DNA of 64,000 nt from an uncultured Candidatus Bathyarchaeia archaeon (GTDB lineage Archaea; Thermoproteota; Bathyarchaeia; TCS64). Under the pieces are notes generated by a model. It worked only from the letters and a program-made list of their open reading frames with translations. It made no database searches and was not told the DNA's origin. The stretch's first letter is position 1. Each line of letters opens with the position of its first letter. Where the stretch lies: positions 45,180 to 109,179 of the forward strand of contig CAZPRN010000002.1 in the NCBI GenBank assembly GCA_964589605.1, given 5' to 3'. Below are positions 54,292-63,971 of this stretch, piece after piece. The position numbers and the translations under genes were made by a program.

Positions 54292-55977
54292 CTAACGGTA
54301 TTCCTCGGGTACATCGCCGCCTTTCATTGCCTCAGCGATTATGGCGTCTACCTCGTGGATGATCTTGACGCGGTCCACCTTCCCCATGATTGTCAATGGA
54401 ACTGAAGCCCTGAACATGATCCTAGTCGGCACCATGTACTCTTCAAGCTCCCGTGTGCAGAGGTCAATCAGCTCCTTCTCAAGCTTCTTGTCCCCCTTGG
54501 GTACGACAATCGCTCTGATATCGGTGGAGCATCGAAGCGGGTCAGGTACGCCGAAAGCTACGGCGTGGTCAACCCTTGGGTGGCTCTCCAACACTTCTTC
54601 TACCCTTGTCGGCCAGACTGTCCTTCCATTGGCCACAATCCTGTCGCTCTTCCTGCCTACGATGTACAGGTACCCGTCCTCATCGAACCTTCCGATGTCC
54701 CCGGTGTAGAGCCAGCCGTCCCTGAGTACTTTCTCGGTGGTTTCAGGGTCATCCAGATACCCCAGCATTAATTGTGGGCCTTTCACCACTATCTCCCCGT
54801 CCTTGCCGGGTGGTATCTCTATCTCGCCAAGCTGTTGGTCCATGATCTTCACCTCGGTGTCCGGGTAGATGAGCCCGGTGCTGGCATAGTTGGGGTCGCC
54901 TTCGACCGGTGTCGCAGCGATTATCGGACCTGCTTCTGTGAGACCATATCCTTGATACATCCGGGCTCCTGCGACCTTCTCGAAGTTCTTCATCAGCTCA
55001 ACTGGGATTGATGCACCACCGGACGAGCAGGTTGTGAGGCTAGTTAGATCGTAATTGTCCAGCTTGGGGTATTCGATCACTTCTCGTATTAGGCGTGGGA
55101 TTAACGGGAAGTGGGTGACCTTGTGCTTGTCCGTTGCTTTTACGATGGACTCCCCGGTGGGGTTCGGTATCAGCATCATGGTACACCCGAAGCTCACTGC
55201 CTCGTTCATCACCACCAGCCCGTAGCTGTGGAAGAAGGGCATAGCGCAAAGTATCACTGGCCATCCCGTATGCTGTGGTTTCGCGCTGTACCCCCATCCC
55301 CTGAGCCAGTGGTAGGACTGTAGGGCGTTGACAACTTGGCTGTAGTGGCTCAGCCTCACTCCCTTGGGTTCGCCGGTTGTGCCCGATGTGAACATTATAA
55401 CCGCCACGTCCTCCTCAGGGCTGATCTCCGGGTAGTCGGACACCATGCTTCCCCGTGTCAGGTCCTCGAAACGCTGGGCTCCGTCTGGGTACTTTATCCT
55501 GTACTTGAGTCCGCTGAGAACTCGTAGGTGTGTCGGTGCGTAGTAGGCTGCCTCCGCCACGATTAGTTCTGGGTGATCCTTGGGCAGTTTCTCTAGGAGC
55601 CTGTCGAGGATGATGAGTACTTTTGAGCCTGTTACCCTTACCTCCCTCGCTATCTCCGGGTTGGACATCAACGGATTGATTGCTACGACAGTAGCCCCAC
55701 ACAAGTGAATAGCGTTGTACGCGATGAGGAACTGGGGGCAGTTGGGCAGGATCAACGCGACTCTGTCGCCTTTCCTGATGCCCATCCCCATGAGGTTGGC
55801 CGCGAAGGACTCCATCTGGTCCCATAACTCTGCATAGGTATGCTTTGCGTCGAGGTAGATCACGGCGTCCCTGTCGGGGAACTTGCGTGCGCTGTTGCGC
55901 CAGAACTCGGTGACGGGCATCACCGGGTAGTTGATGCTTATGGGCACGCCCCGTGGGTAGGTCTTCCTCGCCGCCAT
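54292..55977 (-). CDS. AMP-forming acyl-CoA synthetase (fatty-acid--CoA ligase family)
   Basis: MFTSGTTGEPKGV (AMP-binding P-loop), GYGLTE, YTGDIG and GRKSDRI. Confidence 0.9.
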   Translation of the reverse strand: MAARKTYPRGVPISINYPVMPVTEFWRNSARKFPDRDAVIYLDAKHTYAELWDQMESFAANLMGMGIRKGDRVALILPNCPQFLIAYNAIHLCGATVVAINPLMSNPEIAREVRVTGSKVLIILDRLLEKLPKDHPELIVAEAAYYAPTHLRVLSGLKYRIKYPDGAQRFEDLTRGSMVSDYPEISPEEDVAVIMFTSGTTGEPKGVRLSHYSQVVNALQSYHWLRGWGYSAKPQHTGWPVILCAMPFFHSYGLVVMNEAVSFGCTMMLIPNPTGESIVKATDKHKVTHFPLIPRLIREVIEYPKLDNYDLTSLTTCSSGGASIPVELMKNFEKVAGARMYQGYGLTEAGPIIAATPVEGDPNYASTGLIYPDTEVKIMDQQLGEIEIPPGKDGEIVVKGPQLMLGYLDDPETTEKVLRDGWLYTGDIGRFDEDGYLYIVGRKSDRIVANGRTVWPTRVEEVLESHPRVDHAVAFGVPDPLRCSTDIRAIVVPKGDKKLEKELIDLCTRELEEYMVPTRIMFRASVPLTIMGKVDRVKIIHEVDAIIAEAMKGGDVPEEYR

Positions 55978-56018
55978 GTATCAGGTGGGCTGGATGATAG
56001 TATAAAAACTGTGGGGCG

Positions 56019-56933
56019 ATGATGTTTTATCGTTCTAGTGCTCCCTTTGGCTTGATTGATTTGAAGCCAACTGGCATCTATGTTCCAAGCGTGACACCGT
56101 TCAACGCCAAGGGGGAGATATTGTACGATAAACTCGGCGAGTTGCTTGAGTTCTGGATCGAAGGTGGAGTAAGTGGAGTGGTGGCTAACGCCAGCACCAG
56201 CGAAGCTCCGTACCTGAGTAACGAGGAACGGGTGAAGATCATCGAGTATCTGGTTGAGAAGGCTGATGGGAGGATCAACGTGTTCGCAGGGACCGGTGCA
56301 CCCAGCCTACGCAAGTCCATCGAGCTTACCAAGGAGGCTAAGGAAGCCGGAGCCGGTGCCGCACTGGTGACTACGCCTTACTTCTTTAAGCCGACAAGCG
56401 ATGAGATCGCCCAGTACTTTATTGACCTCATGGACAAGGTGGACATTCCGGTCATAATGTATAACGTTCCAAAGTTCACCGCCTACAGTGTATCACCCTA
56501 TGTTGTGGCTAAGGTAGCCGAGGAGTGCAGCAACCTTGTAGCGATCAAGGACAGCAGCAACAACCCGGGCAACATGGCTGACGTGATAAGCCTCACAGGC
56601 GGTAAGATCAACGCCCTGAGCGGTACCGCTGACATGATCCTGCCCACGTTGATGCTAGGTGGAGCCGGTGGCATTGTTGCGATTGGTAACGTTGTGCCGA
56701 GGATGTGCGCTAACATCGTTGAGGGTTACAAGAAGGGTGACCTGAAGAAGGCTGGGGAGAACCAGTTGAAGGCAAGCTGGGTAAACAAGGTAGTGGTCAG
56801 GGATTACCCCCAGATACCGGCGATCAAGGCTGCGCTCGGGAAGATGGGTAGAGATGCGGGTGTTCCGAGGAAGCCGTTGACTGCGTTGTCTGAGGAAACC
56901 ACAGAGAAGGTCTGGGCTGAGCTAGCCCTCTAG
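56019..56933 (+). CDS. DapA/NanA-family class I aldolase (4-hydroxy-tetrahydrodipicolinate synthase-like)
   Basis: VTPFNAKGEI, GVVANASTSEAPYLSNEER, PVIMYNVP and AIKDSS (Schiff-base Lys). Whether it is true DapA or a paralogous lyase cannot be decided from motifs. Confidence 0.85.
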   Translation: MMFYRSSAPFGLIDLKPTGIYVPSVTPFNAKGEILYDKLGELLEFWIEGGVSGVVANASTSEAPYLSNEERVKIIEYLVEKADGRINVFAGTGAPSLRKSIELTKEAKEAGAGAALVTTPYFFKPTSDEIAQYFIDLMDKVDIPVIMYNVPKFTAYSVSPYVVAKVAEECSNLVAIKDSSNNPGNMADVISLTGGKINALSGTADMILPTLMLGGAGGIVAIGNVVPRMCANIVEGYKKGDLKKAGENQLKASWVNKVVVRDYPQIPAIKAALGKMGRDAGVPRKPLTALSEETTEKVWAELAL

Positions 56934-57311
56934 CTTCTTCACCATTGCTTTCTTGTTTCGATAATATACCTTGGGTATTTCCGTGTACCCCAATTTAACC
57001 CAGTAACCATCAGCTTGGGGCTCTGAATCAATCTGTATCCATTTACAGCCTAGGTTCCTCGCCATCTGCTCCACGAGAAGGTACAGTTTTTCTCCGTGTC
57101 CTTTTCCCCGGTGTTCCTCATTGATGACGATTTGCTCGATGTAGAACGAGTCAGGGTGGTACGAGTCACGCCGCTTCATCAACTTGACCTCAGCGTAACC
57201 AAATTCATTGCCAACCATCCAGTAATCACCGGGTTTGTAGGACTCACCAGCACCACGAAGTACCTTCAACTCGTTTGGAATATAGGATCGAACATGTCGG
57301 TTTGAACTCAT
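56922..57311 (-). CDS. GNAT-family N-acetyltransferase
   Basis: VINEEHRGKGHGEKLY is motif A (Q/RxxGxG/A). The protein is 129 aa. Confidence 0.8.
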   Translation of the reverse strand: MSSNRHVRSYIPNELKVLRGAGESYKPGDYWMVGNEFGYAEVKLMKRRDSYHPDSFYIEQIVINEEHRGKGHGEKLYLLVEQMARNLGCKWIQIDSEPQADGYWVKLGYTEIPKVYYRNKKAMVKKLEG

Positions 57312-57396
57312 GGTGGATACTGAAACAGTACCTTCCCCGTATTAATGAAATTAGGTTTGAATAACTAATTATATCACCTTTCCATGTTGTTGTGCA

Positions 57397-57639
57397 ATGA
57401 AGATGAAGATGCCCATCGACGATGAGTCCCTCTATGACTGGTACATCAACACGAACCTGCGGACAACATGCCCCAAATGCGGAGGCAAGAACGTCAAGGA
57501 CATAGACTATGCGGGAGACAAGGACGGGTACGGGATTATTTATCGCTGCCAGAGCTGCCTCTACAGATATGGAGTAGAGGACGAGACCGGTCTCGGGTAC
57601 TACGATAAGAACGGTAACCCGACGATCTACTGGAAATAG
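57397..57639 (+). CDS. Small zinc-ribbon protein (hypothetical)
   Basis: CPKCGG...CQSC pair. The protein is 80 aa. Confidence 0.45.
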   Translation: MKMKMPIDDESLYDWYINTNLRTTCPKCGGKNVKDIDYAGDKDGYGIIYRCQSCLYRYGVEDETGLGYYDKNGNPTIYWK

Positions 57640-57645
57640 AATTAA

Positions 57646-58575
57646 CTATGTGAACTCTGGGGCAACCTTATCCATGAACAGCTCCGCTTCTTCTTTCCAC
57701 CCAGGTCCAAGGAAACTCAGGATAATCATACCCGCCCCAGCGTCAGCGTACTCGTAGATACGCTGCACCATCTCCTCCGGGTCACCAATCAAGCCCCCAT
57801 CCATATCAGAGTTGAAATTCTTGAAGTAGTCAACCGCCTTCCCTTTTGCCCCTTCACTTGTTTTATCGATGAATGTGAAAGCGGGCCAACTCTTCAATAT
57901 CTCACCTGGGTCACGGTCAATCCTGTGGCAATGAGCCTCCAAGACCTTTGTTTTCTTCCGGAAATCATCTGGAGTCCCCCTCCAGAGGGCGTAGTTAGCC
58001 ATATCGCCGTACCTTGCACAAGTTTTCAGGGTACGTTTCTCGCCCTCACCGGCAATCATCAACGGGATTCCTCCCTCTTGAACTGGTTTAGGGCTGTTGT
58101 AAGCCTCGTCAATAGAGTAATGTTTCCCGTTGTAACTAGGCTTCTCCTCGATCAACATCTTCTTGATGATGATAGCAGCCTCCTCAAGCTGGTCACTCCT
58201 GCTTTTTCGAGTCCCAAACTCGTAGCCATAAGACTTGAACTCCCTTTCATGCCACCCAGCACCAATACTCAGAATCGCCCTACCACCTGAAACAGCGTCA
58301 AGGGTCGCACCCATCTTCGCCAACAAAGCTGGGTTCCTGAAAGGGACTGCTAATGTAAGATGTCCAAGCCTTACATTGGTTGTCTTCACAGCTAAGGCTG
58401 TCAAAGCGGTCCAGCTCTCGTACCTTGGAGCACCAAGCTCAGTGTACATCCCCAGCAAGTGGTCGCTCAACCATATACTGTCATATCCAAGCCCATCAAC
58501 CACCATCGCACGCTCCTCAAGAACCCTGTACTCCGGTACTTCTGGGCTCAGAAAAACCCCGAAATCCATCTTCAT
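57646..58575 (-). CDS. Luciferase-like (LLM class) flavin/F420-dependent oxidoreductase
   Basis: LGYDSIWLSDHL, GGRAILSIGAGW.ERE and the TIM-barrel LLM layout. Confidence 0.85.
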   Translation of the reverse strand: MKMDFGVFLSPEVPEYRVLEERAMVVDGLGYDSIWLSDHLLGMYTELGAPRYESWTALTALAVKTTNVRLGHLTLAVPFRNPALLAKMGATLDAVSGGRAILSIGAGWHEREFKSYGYEFGTRKSRSDQLEEAAIIIKKMLIEEKPSYNGKHYSIDEAYNSPKPVQEGGIPLMIAGEGEKRTLKTCARYGDMANYALWRGTPDDFRKKTKVLEAHCHRIDRDPGEILKSWPAFTFIDKTSEGAKGKAVDYFKNFNSDMDGGLIGDPEEMVQRIYEYADAGAGMIILSFLGPGWKEEAELFMDKVAPEFT

Positions 58576-58619
58576 AAGACTACATTGTCGAAAGAGTAGA
58601 AAAAACTGCTCAGCAGGAA

Positions 58620-59645
58620 CTAGATGCTCTCAATGAATCCAGAAACGATCCTAACATACTCCTTGGGAGACCCGGAGTGGGTAACGTGCCTCGTGTTCAA
58701 CCTCACGTATTGAGTATGTGGCGCAAGTTCTAACGCTCTTTTCGCGTCATCGTCATCCATGGCACCCACCAACCCTTTCTCAGTCCTATACCAGTCAGCG
58801 TGAATAATCAATGCGGGATGCTTCAACCTTCTCAAGGCATCTTCATGGTTCAATCCTTCGTATATCCTGCCATCCACCCATGCCCGGGAAAAGTCCGGGT
58901 CAAATGTTGATGTCAGCTTGAAGAAGAGCTTCATCCGTCGGGGCATCCATGGAATGTCAATTGGCTCCCCTGGTTTCTCGTATCTTTTGATTAGCCACAT
59001 TAGTCCATCGATCATCCACTTGGGGATCGCCCGAAACTTTCCATCAGGCGTCGGTCTATGGATGGACTCAAACAATCCCCTGAAATCTGGCCCCCCCTCA
59101 GCCCCTAGATATGTCGCTGTCTTGTCAAGCACCTCGTAGACGAACTCGGATTTGATTCTAGGCCAATCAGCGCTGAATAATGGGGCGTCCTCCATAACGA
59201 TACCACGAATAAGCTCTGGTCTTTCCACTGCGAGCCATAGAGCGATCAATCCACCCGATGAGTTACCAGAAATAACGGCGGGTCTACTTACTACTTCACT
59301 CAAGAATACTGTTAGGTCCTCACCTATCAGGTTGAAGTTGTATTCCCCGGTTGTCCAAGAGCTACCGCCGTGTCCCCGGATATCTACCGCGTATACCTTG
59401 TTTGTCTTGGAAAGTGGGACAAGTACTTTCTCGTATGATATCCATGTCCCAGCCTGTCCCGGAATGAGAATCAGCGGCTCCCCGTTTTCCGGTCCTTCTA
59501 CATAGTTCAATGTGATGCCGTTTACCTCGTATTGTTTCTCTTTGAACCCAGGGAGATTGGCTGTTTCACTCACTTCTAAGGCTCTCCTAGTTGTGACAGA
59601 TACTCCGACCCTTATATATTTTTCATATTTATGCAAATTATGCAC
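58620..59645 (-). CDS. Alpha/beta-fold hydrolase
   Basis: LILIPGQ, VDIRGHGGS (HG oxyanion region), nucleophile elbow GNSSGG and a C-terminal His region (RHVTHSG). Confidence 0.85.
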   Translation of the reverse strand: MHNLHKYEKYIRVGVSVTTRRALEVSETANLPGFKEKQYEVNGITLNYVEGPENGEPLILIPGQAGTWISYEKVLVPLSKTNKVYAVDIRGHGGSSWTTGEYNFNLIGEDLTVFLSEVVSRPAVISGNSSGGLIALWLAVERPELIRGIVMEDAPLFSADWPRIKSEFVYEVLDKTATYLGAEGGPDFRGLFESIHRPTPDGKFRAIPKWMIDGLMWLIKRYEKPGEPIDIPWMPRRMKLFFKLTSTFDPDFSRAWVDGRIYEGLNHEDALRRLKHPALIIHADWYRTEKGLVGAMDDDDAKRALELAPHTQYVRLNTRHVTHSGSPKEYVRIVSGFIESI

Positions 59646-59686
59646 AATAGGAAACCATATAAGCCCTCTGAAAATATCGATAATCG

Positions 59687-60220
59687 ATGACCGAGGAAAA
59701 GTACGACAAACTCAGAGCATCCTTCCTAGAGGTCCTAGAAGACCTAGTTAGGTTCAGAGGAACCGAGCCAATGGTCGCAAGAATCTATGCACTGGTCGTA
59801 CTATCCCCGAAACCCCTTACCCAGGAAGAAATCTCAACAAAGACCGGGTACTCACGCTCACAGATCTCCCGATACCTCTCCAACCTTGAACAGCGAGGAA
59901 TGATAAGAAAGGAATCCGTTCCCGGGTCTAGAACCCAGCTCTACGGTGGTGGAGCAAAGCCATTCTTTGAGAACTTTAGAAGAGGGATTGACATCTCAGA
60001 GAGGTTTGTTAAGGGAAAAGTCAGGGACATCGAAAACATCCTAACCGAATACGAAAACTTGTCACCCGAAGAAAGGGAAACCCCGGAAGCCCAACGTCTC
60101 AAAGAAGTGGTAACCGTATTCAATGCATGGTTCCTGAGCTACCTAGAACTCATGACCGAGTTCAACACACGGTTCAACGAGAAAATGGACGAGCTAGAGC
60201 GGAAACTTTTCCCATTATAA
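59687..60220 (+). CDS. GbsR/MarR-like winged-helix transcriptional regulator
   Basis: VARIYALVVLSPKPLTQEEISTKTGYSRSQISRYLSNLEQRGMIRKE. Confidence 0.6.
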   Translation: MTEEKYDKLRASFLEVLEDLVRFRGTEPMVARIYALVVLSPKPLTQEEISTKTGYSRSQISRYLSNLEQRGMIRKESVPGSRTQLYGGGAKPFFENFRRGIDISERFVKGKVRDIENILTEYENLSPEERETPEAQRLKEVVTVFNAWFLSYLELMTEFNTRFNEKMDELERKLFPL

Positions 60221-60267
60221 ACTATCATCTAACAAACTTCATTATACACCAGTCGGACGCAGTAGCC

Positions 60268-60903
60268 ATGAAGGCTATTGGACTCAGCAGCAGTGGAAGG
60301 AAAGGATCATACTCCAGAAGGATAGTCAAGGACATCCTCGACGCATCAGGAGTAGAATACGAACTCATTGACCTCGCACCACTCAACATCAAGGGCTGCT
60401 TAGGCTGCCTCCAGTGCGCAAAAGACAACATATGCGTCCAGAAAGACGACTTCCAAGCCGTAGTGGACAAGGTAACAGAGGCAGACGCCCTTGTCTTCGG
60501 CGGAGCCAACTACTATGACAACCTCAACGCCATCGGGCACGCGTTCTGGGAGCGAACCTTCGCCCTAAGACACCGGGAAGCGTTCATCTGGGCAGGCAAA
60601 CTAGCGGTCGCGGTCGGCTGCAACCGGGACCCTGAGACGAGACACGCCACAGCATTCATCGAGCAGATGATGAACAGCAACAAGATGGCAGTAATCGAAA
60701 CCTTCAGCGACTCCGGACACCAGCAGTGCTACGACTGCGGCTACGGCCACGATTGTGCAGTAGGCAACGTGTACAAACACATGGGGCTTGTCACAGCGGA
60801 GTACGCCGAGGAGAACCGCCCCGAGGAATACTGCCAAGAGGCACAGGACCGAGCCAAAGCCATAGGGAAAACACTTGGAAGCATATTAAAGGCAAGAACC
60901 TAG
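60268..60903 (+). CDS. Iron-sulfur flavoprotein / NADPH-dependent FMN reductase-like protein
   Basis: MKAIGLSSSGRKGSYS is a flavodoxin-like start. The compact Cys motif CLGCLQCAKDNIC (CxxCxxCx5C) is typical of Isf proteins. The ATG at 60268 is preferred over the overlapping upstream extension. Confidence 0.7.
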   Translation: MKAIGLSSSGRKGSYSRRIVKDILDASGVEYELIDLAPLNIKGCLGCLQCAKDNICVQKDDFQAVVDKVTEADALVFGGANYYDNLNAIGHAFWERTFALRHREAFIWAGKLAVAVGCNRDPETRHATAFIEQMMNSNKMAVIETFSDSGHQQCYDCGYGHDCAVGNVYKHMGLVTAEYAEENRPEEYCQEAQDRAKAIGKTLGSILKART

Positions 60904-60906
60904 CAA

Positions 60907-60918
60907 GGGGGGGGGGGG
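60907..60918. repeat. G12 homopolymer in the intergenic region after the flavoprotein gene
   Basis: Counted directly: TAGCAA + 12 G + TACC, starting 4 nt after the stop codon. Confidence 0.9.
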
Positions 60919-61094
60919 TACCACGCTTCCAGCGATTTCCAAGCCTATTAACATGAAACATGCCCCAAAACAATTCGTCCTCCAAGCCAGTTACATCAAA
61001 AAAGCGTCACGGTAAGGTAGCAACAGATATTACCCGGTGTACTCAAATTTTTTTTCCCGTTATCCCCAATGACTGGTCCAGAAACACACTCACC

Positions 61095-61101
61095 TTTATA
61101 A
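61095..61101 (+). promoter_or_regulatory. TATA box (TTTATAA) upstream of srp54
   Basis: CACCTTTATAACAC lies about 32-38 nt upstream of the ATG at 61133. This implies a very short leader. Confidence 0.35.
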
Positions 61102-61132
61102 CACAACACCCCAATACCCCTGCTGAAAACAG

Positions 61133-62455
61133 ATGGCTCTCGGAAACCTGGGAAGCAACCTATACAACGCCCTCCAGAAACTAGTCAAGGCACCAGTAGT
61201 AGACGAGGCCACCGTAAAAGAACTCGTCAAAGACTTCCAAAGAGCCCTACTCCAGGCAGACGTAAACGTCGCACTTGTAATGGAGCTAAGCCAAAACATC
61301 CAGAAAAACGCGTTAGACTCCAAGCTACCCCCCGGAATAAGCAGACGAGAACACATAATCAAGGTCATCAACGACGAGCTAACAGCGTTCGTCGGAGAAA
61401 CCCCCCAGGAGCTCAAGATCAACCCCGGAAAACAGAACGTCCTCATGATGATCGGCATCCAGGGAAGCGGAAAAACAACCCATTCATCAAAACTTGCCCG
61501 CTACTTCCAGAAAAGAGGATTCAAGGTAGGAGTAATCTGCGCCGACACGTTCAGACCTGGAGCATACAACCAGCTCAAACAGCTAGCCGATTCCATCAAC
61601 GTCCCATTCTACGGTGAACAGGACACCAAAGACCCAGTCGCCCTAAGCAGGCGAGGCGTCAAACACTTCCAAGACATGGAAGTCGTCATCCTCGACACCA
61701 GCGGACGTCACAAGGAGGAAACCGGGCTCATCCAGGAGATGCAGCAGATCGAGCGAGCCGTAAACCCCCACGAGGTAATCCTCGTACTCGACGGAACAAT
61801 CGGACAGCAGGCAACAGCACAGGCGTCAGCGTTCAAGGAAGCAACCGAGGTCGGCAGCATCATCGTGTCAAAACTCGATGGTACCGCAAGAGGCGGAGGA
61901 GCCCTCAGCGGAGTAGCAGCAACAGGAGCACCAATAAAGTTCATCGGAACCGGCGAAAAAGTCGAGGACCTAGAAGCATTCGTGCCCAGCAGGTTCATCG
62001 GCAGACTACTAGGCATGGGAGACATCGAGGGACTCGTAGCCAAGGTCAAGGAAGCCGAGGCACCAGTAAGCGAGAAAGATGTCATGGCAATGATGAGCGG
62101 CAAGTTCACCATACAGGACATGTACAACCAGTTCGAGGCCATGCAGAACATGGGTCCACTCCAGAAAGTACTGGGAATGATACCCGGCATGAGCTACCAG
62201 CTACCCCAGAGCGAGATGGAGGACGCCGAGGGAAGACTCGAAAAATTCAAGGTCATCATCCAGAGCATGACCCAGGACGAGAAAGACGACCCCAAGAAAC
62301 TCAACCGCAGCCGCATCCAAAGAGTCGCACGAGGAAGCGGAACAGACGAGCGCGAAGTAAGAGAACTTATAAAACAGTATAATACTATGAGGAAAATGCT
62401 CAAGCAGATGAAGGGCAGCAGAAGGATGCGACGCCAAATGCCTTTCAAGATGTAA
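61133..62455 (+). CDS. srp54: Signal recognition particle protein SRP54
   Basis: N domain, G domain (GIQGSGKTT, DTSGRH, SKLDG) and Met-rich M domain. Confidence 0.95.
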   Translation: MALGNLGSNLYNALQKLVKAPVVDEATVKELVKDFQRALLQADVNVALVMELSQNIQKNALDSKLPPGISRREHIIKVINDELTAFVGETPQELKINPGKQNVLMMIGIQGSGKTTHSSKLARYFQKRGFKVGVICADTFRPGAYNQLKQLADSINVPFYGEQDTKDPVALSRRGVKHFQDMEVVILDTSGRHKEETGLIQEMQQIERAVNPHEVILVLDGTIGQQATAQASAFKEATEVGSIIVSKLDGTARGGGALSGVAATGAPIKFIGTGEKVEDLEAFVPSRFIGRLLGMGDIEGLVAKVKEAEAPVSEKDVMAMMSGKFTIQDMYNQFEAMQNMGPLQKVLGMIPGMSYQLPQSEMEDAEGRLEKFKVIIQSMTQDEKDDPKKLNRSRIQRVARGSGTDEREVRELIKQYNTMRKMLKQMKGSRRMRRQMPFKM

Positions 62456-62470
62456 AGGAGATAAAGAAAA

Positions 62471-62767
62471 ATGGCAAAAAGTCACGGAATTCGAAGAAAA
62501 AGCCGAAGTGCCTTACGTAAGAAGGTAAGGGAAAAGGGAAGAATCCCACTCAGTAGGCTGCTAGTGAAGTACGAGGTAGGCGACAAAGTCGTCATTAACG
62601 TTGATTCAGGCGTCCACAAAGCCATGCCCCACAAGAGATTACAGGGCAAGGTCGCAAACATCGTCGGGACACGGGGAAAAGCCTACATCATGGAGATCCC
62701 ACAGCGTAAAACCGTCAAGACAATCATCACAACAGCAGAACATATACGAATGCACAAGGATGCGTAA
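62471..62767 (+). CDS. rpl21e: 50S ribosomal protein L21e
   Basis: MAKSHGIRRKSRSALRK...GDKVVINVDSGVHKAMPHKRLQGK..G. Confidence 0.95.
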   Translation: MAKSHGIRRKSRSALRKKVREKGRIPLSRLLVKYEVGDKVVINVDSGVHKAMPHKRLQGKVANIVGTRGKAYIMEIPQRKTVKTIITTAEHIRMHKDA

Positions 62768-62769
62768 CC

Positions 62770-63096
62770 ATGTCTGTTGCTGAAAAGAAGGAGATCACAG
62801 TCGCCGAGGCCCGACGCCTACTCATGGACAAGGCCGAGGAGCTTGACCCCCTTCAGCGCAGGGTACTGGAGTACACCATCCGTTTCGCAAAGCTAGACAG
62901 TGAGTCAGCTAAAGAGATCGTCGAGGAGCTAATGAAAGAGGCATCCATCGACAGAGGTCTCGCCGTTCAGATCGCCAACGCGATGCCAGGCACCGTACCT
63001 GAGATCAGGACATTCCTGGGAAGGCAGCGCATCATCGCAGAGGACACGATGAACAAGATTTTAGGGATAATTGACAAATACCGGGTAGAAGAATAA
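62770..63096 (+). CDS. rpoF: DNA-directed RNA polymerase subunit Rpo4 (RpoF)
   Basis: About 108 aa, helical, with LDPLQRRVLEYTIRFAKL...IANAMPGTVPEIR. It sits in the conserved L21e-RpoF-DUF655 order. Confidence 0.85.
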   Translation: MSVAEKKEITVAEARRLLMDKAEELDPLQRRVLEYTIRFAKLDSESAKEIVEELMKEASIDRGLAVQIANAMPGTVPEIRTFLGRQRIIAEDTMNKILGIIDKYRVEE

Positions 63097-63117
63097 TCTA
63101 CCTAGACCATCTTTCAG

Positions 63118-63699
63118 GTGAAAAAATTGTATAGGGAGCCTAAAAAGTACGAAGAATACGCTTACGTCCTAGAGTACTTGCCACATGGAAGGGCTGGCGC
63201 GCCCCGTACAAGCCACAGTAGCGGCGGTGTCCTCCAGATGATCGGCGAGGAGTACTTCACCCTCCTAGAAGCCGCTCCATTACCCGACCTAGAGTACACT
63301 ATCAGGGATCGAATATTCGTCGGGAAGGGTGACCGCGCAAAGGTTGGGCACATCCTCGGTAGAATTAGCTTCGATGAGCTGTACTCCGCGGGGAAAGCAG
63401 AGCTACAATCCGTAATCGAGCTCATTGTACAGAACAACGAGGAACGTTTCATCCAGTTCATGAACGAGAGTGTTAGTCTCACCCCGAGGATGCACAGTCT
63501 AGAGCTTATCCCCGGTATAGGAAAACGGTTGATGTTCCAGATACTGGACCTAAGGGAAAGGTACCCGTTCGAGAGCTACGCGGACCTCAAGGAGAGGGCA
63601 AGCCTGTCCGACCCGGTGAAACTCATCGCCAGACGGGTGATGAAGGAGCTCAGCGAGGAGCAGAAATACTACATCTTCACCCGACCAATGCAATCATAG
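63118..63699 (+). CDS. DUF655-family putative nucleic-acid-binding protein
   Basis: EEYAYVLEYLPHGR, FTLLEA, NEERFIQFMNES..LTPRMHSLELIPGIGKRLM (HhH) and FESYADLKER. Confidence 0.85.
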   Translation: MKKLYREPKKYEEYAYVLEYLPHGRAGAPRTSHSSGGVLQMIGEEYFTLLEAAPLPDLEYTIRDRIFVGKGDRAKVGHILGRISFDELYSAGKAELQSVIELIVQNNEERFIQFMNESVSLTPRMHSLELIPGIGKRLMFQILDLRERYPFESYADLKERASLSDPVKLIARRVMKELSEEQKYYIFTRPMQS

Positions 63700-63734
63700 A
63701 TACATTCATCTTTATCTTACTAATAATTCTACAC

Positions 63735-63971
63735 ATGACTCCAACCGACGCAGTGTTGATAGGGCTCATGTTGGTGATGATCCTCGTCATGTTATATTTC
63801 ATCGGCAAGATGATGAGGGAGGACCCCACATTGATGGATGCGATAAAGGACAGAGATCAATGGGGTAAAGTATGGAGCTTTCCCGAGAAACTCCAACCCG
63901 AAAAGAACACCGCCATCCTCAAGCCACCCCCGGAGGAAGAAGAGGAGACACCCGTAGAAGCCGAGGATTAG
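63735..63971 (+). CDS. Small membrane protein with an acidic C-terminal tail (hypothetical)
   Basis: One TM (VLIGLMLVMILVMLYFIG) followed by a charged tail ending PPPEEEEETPVEAED. Confidence 0.4.
   Translation: MTPTDAVLIGLMLVMILVMLYFIGKMMREDPTLMDAIKDRDQWGKVWSFPEKLQPEKNTAILKPPPEEEEETPVEAED

Noticed and set aside
60127-60267. The upstream extension of the flavoprotein ORF, which overlaps the end of the GbsR-like gene by 94 nt.
   Set aside because: The flavodoxin-like fold begins at MKAIGLSSSG (ATG at 60268). The extension is an out-of-frame read-through of the preceding gene's 3' end.
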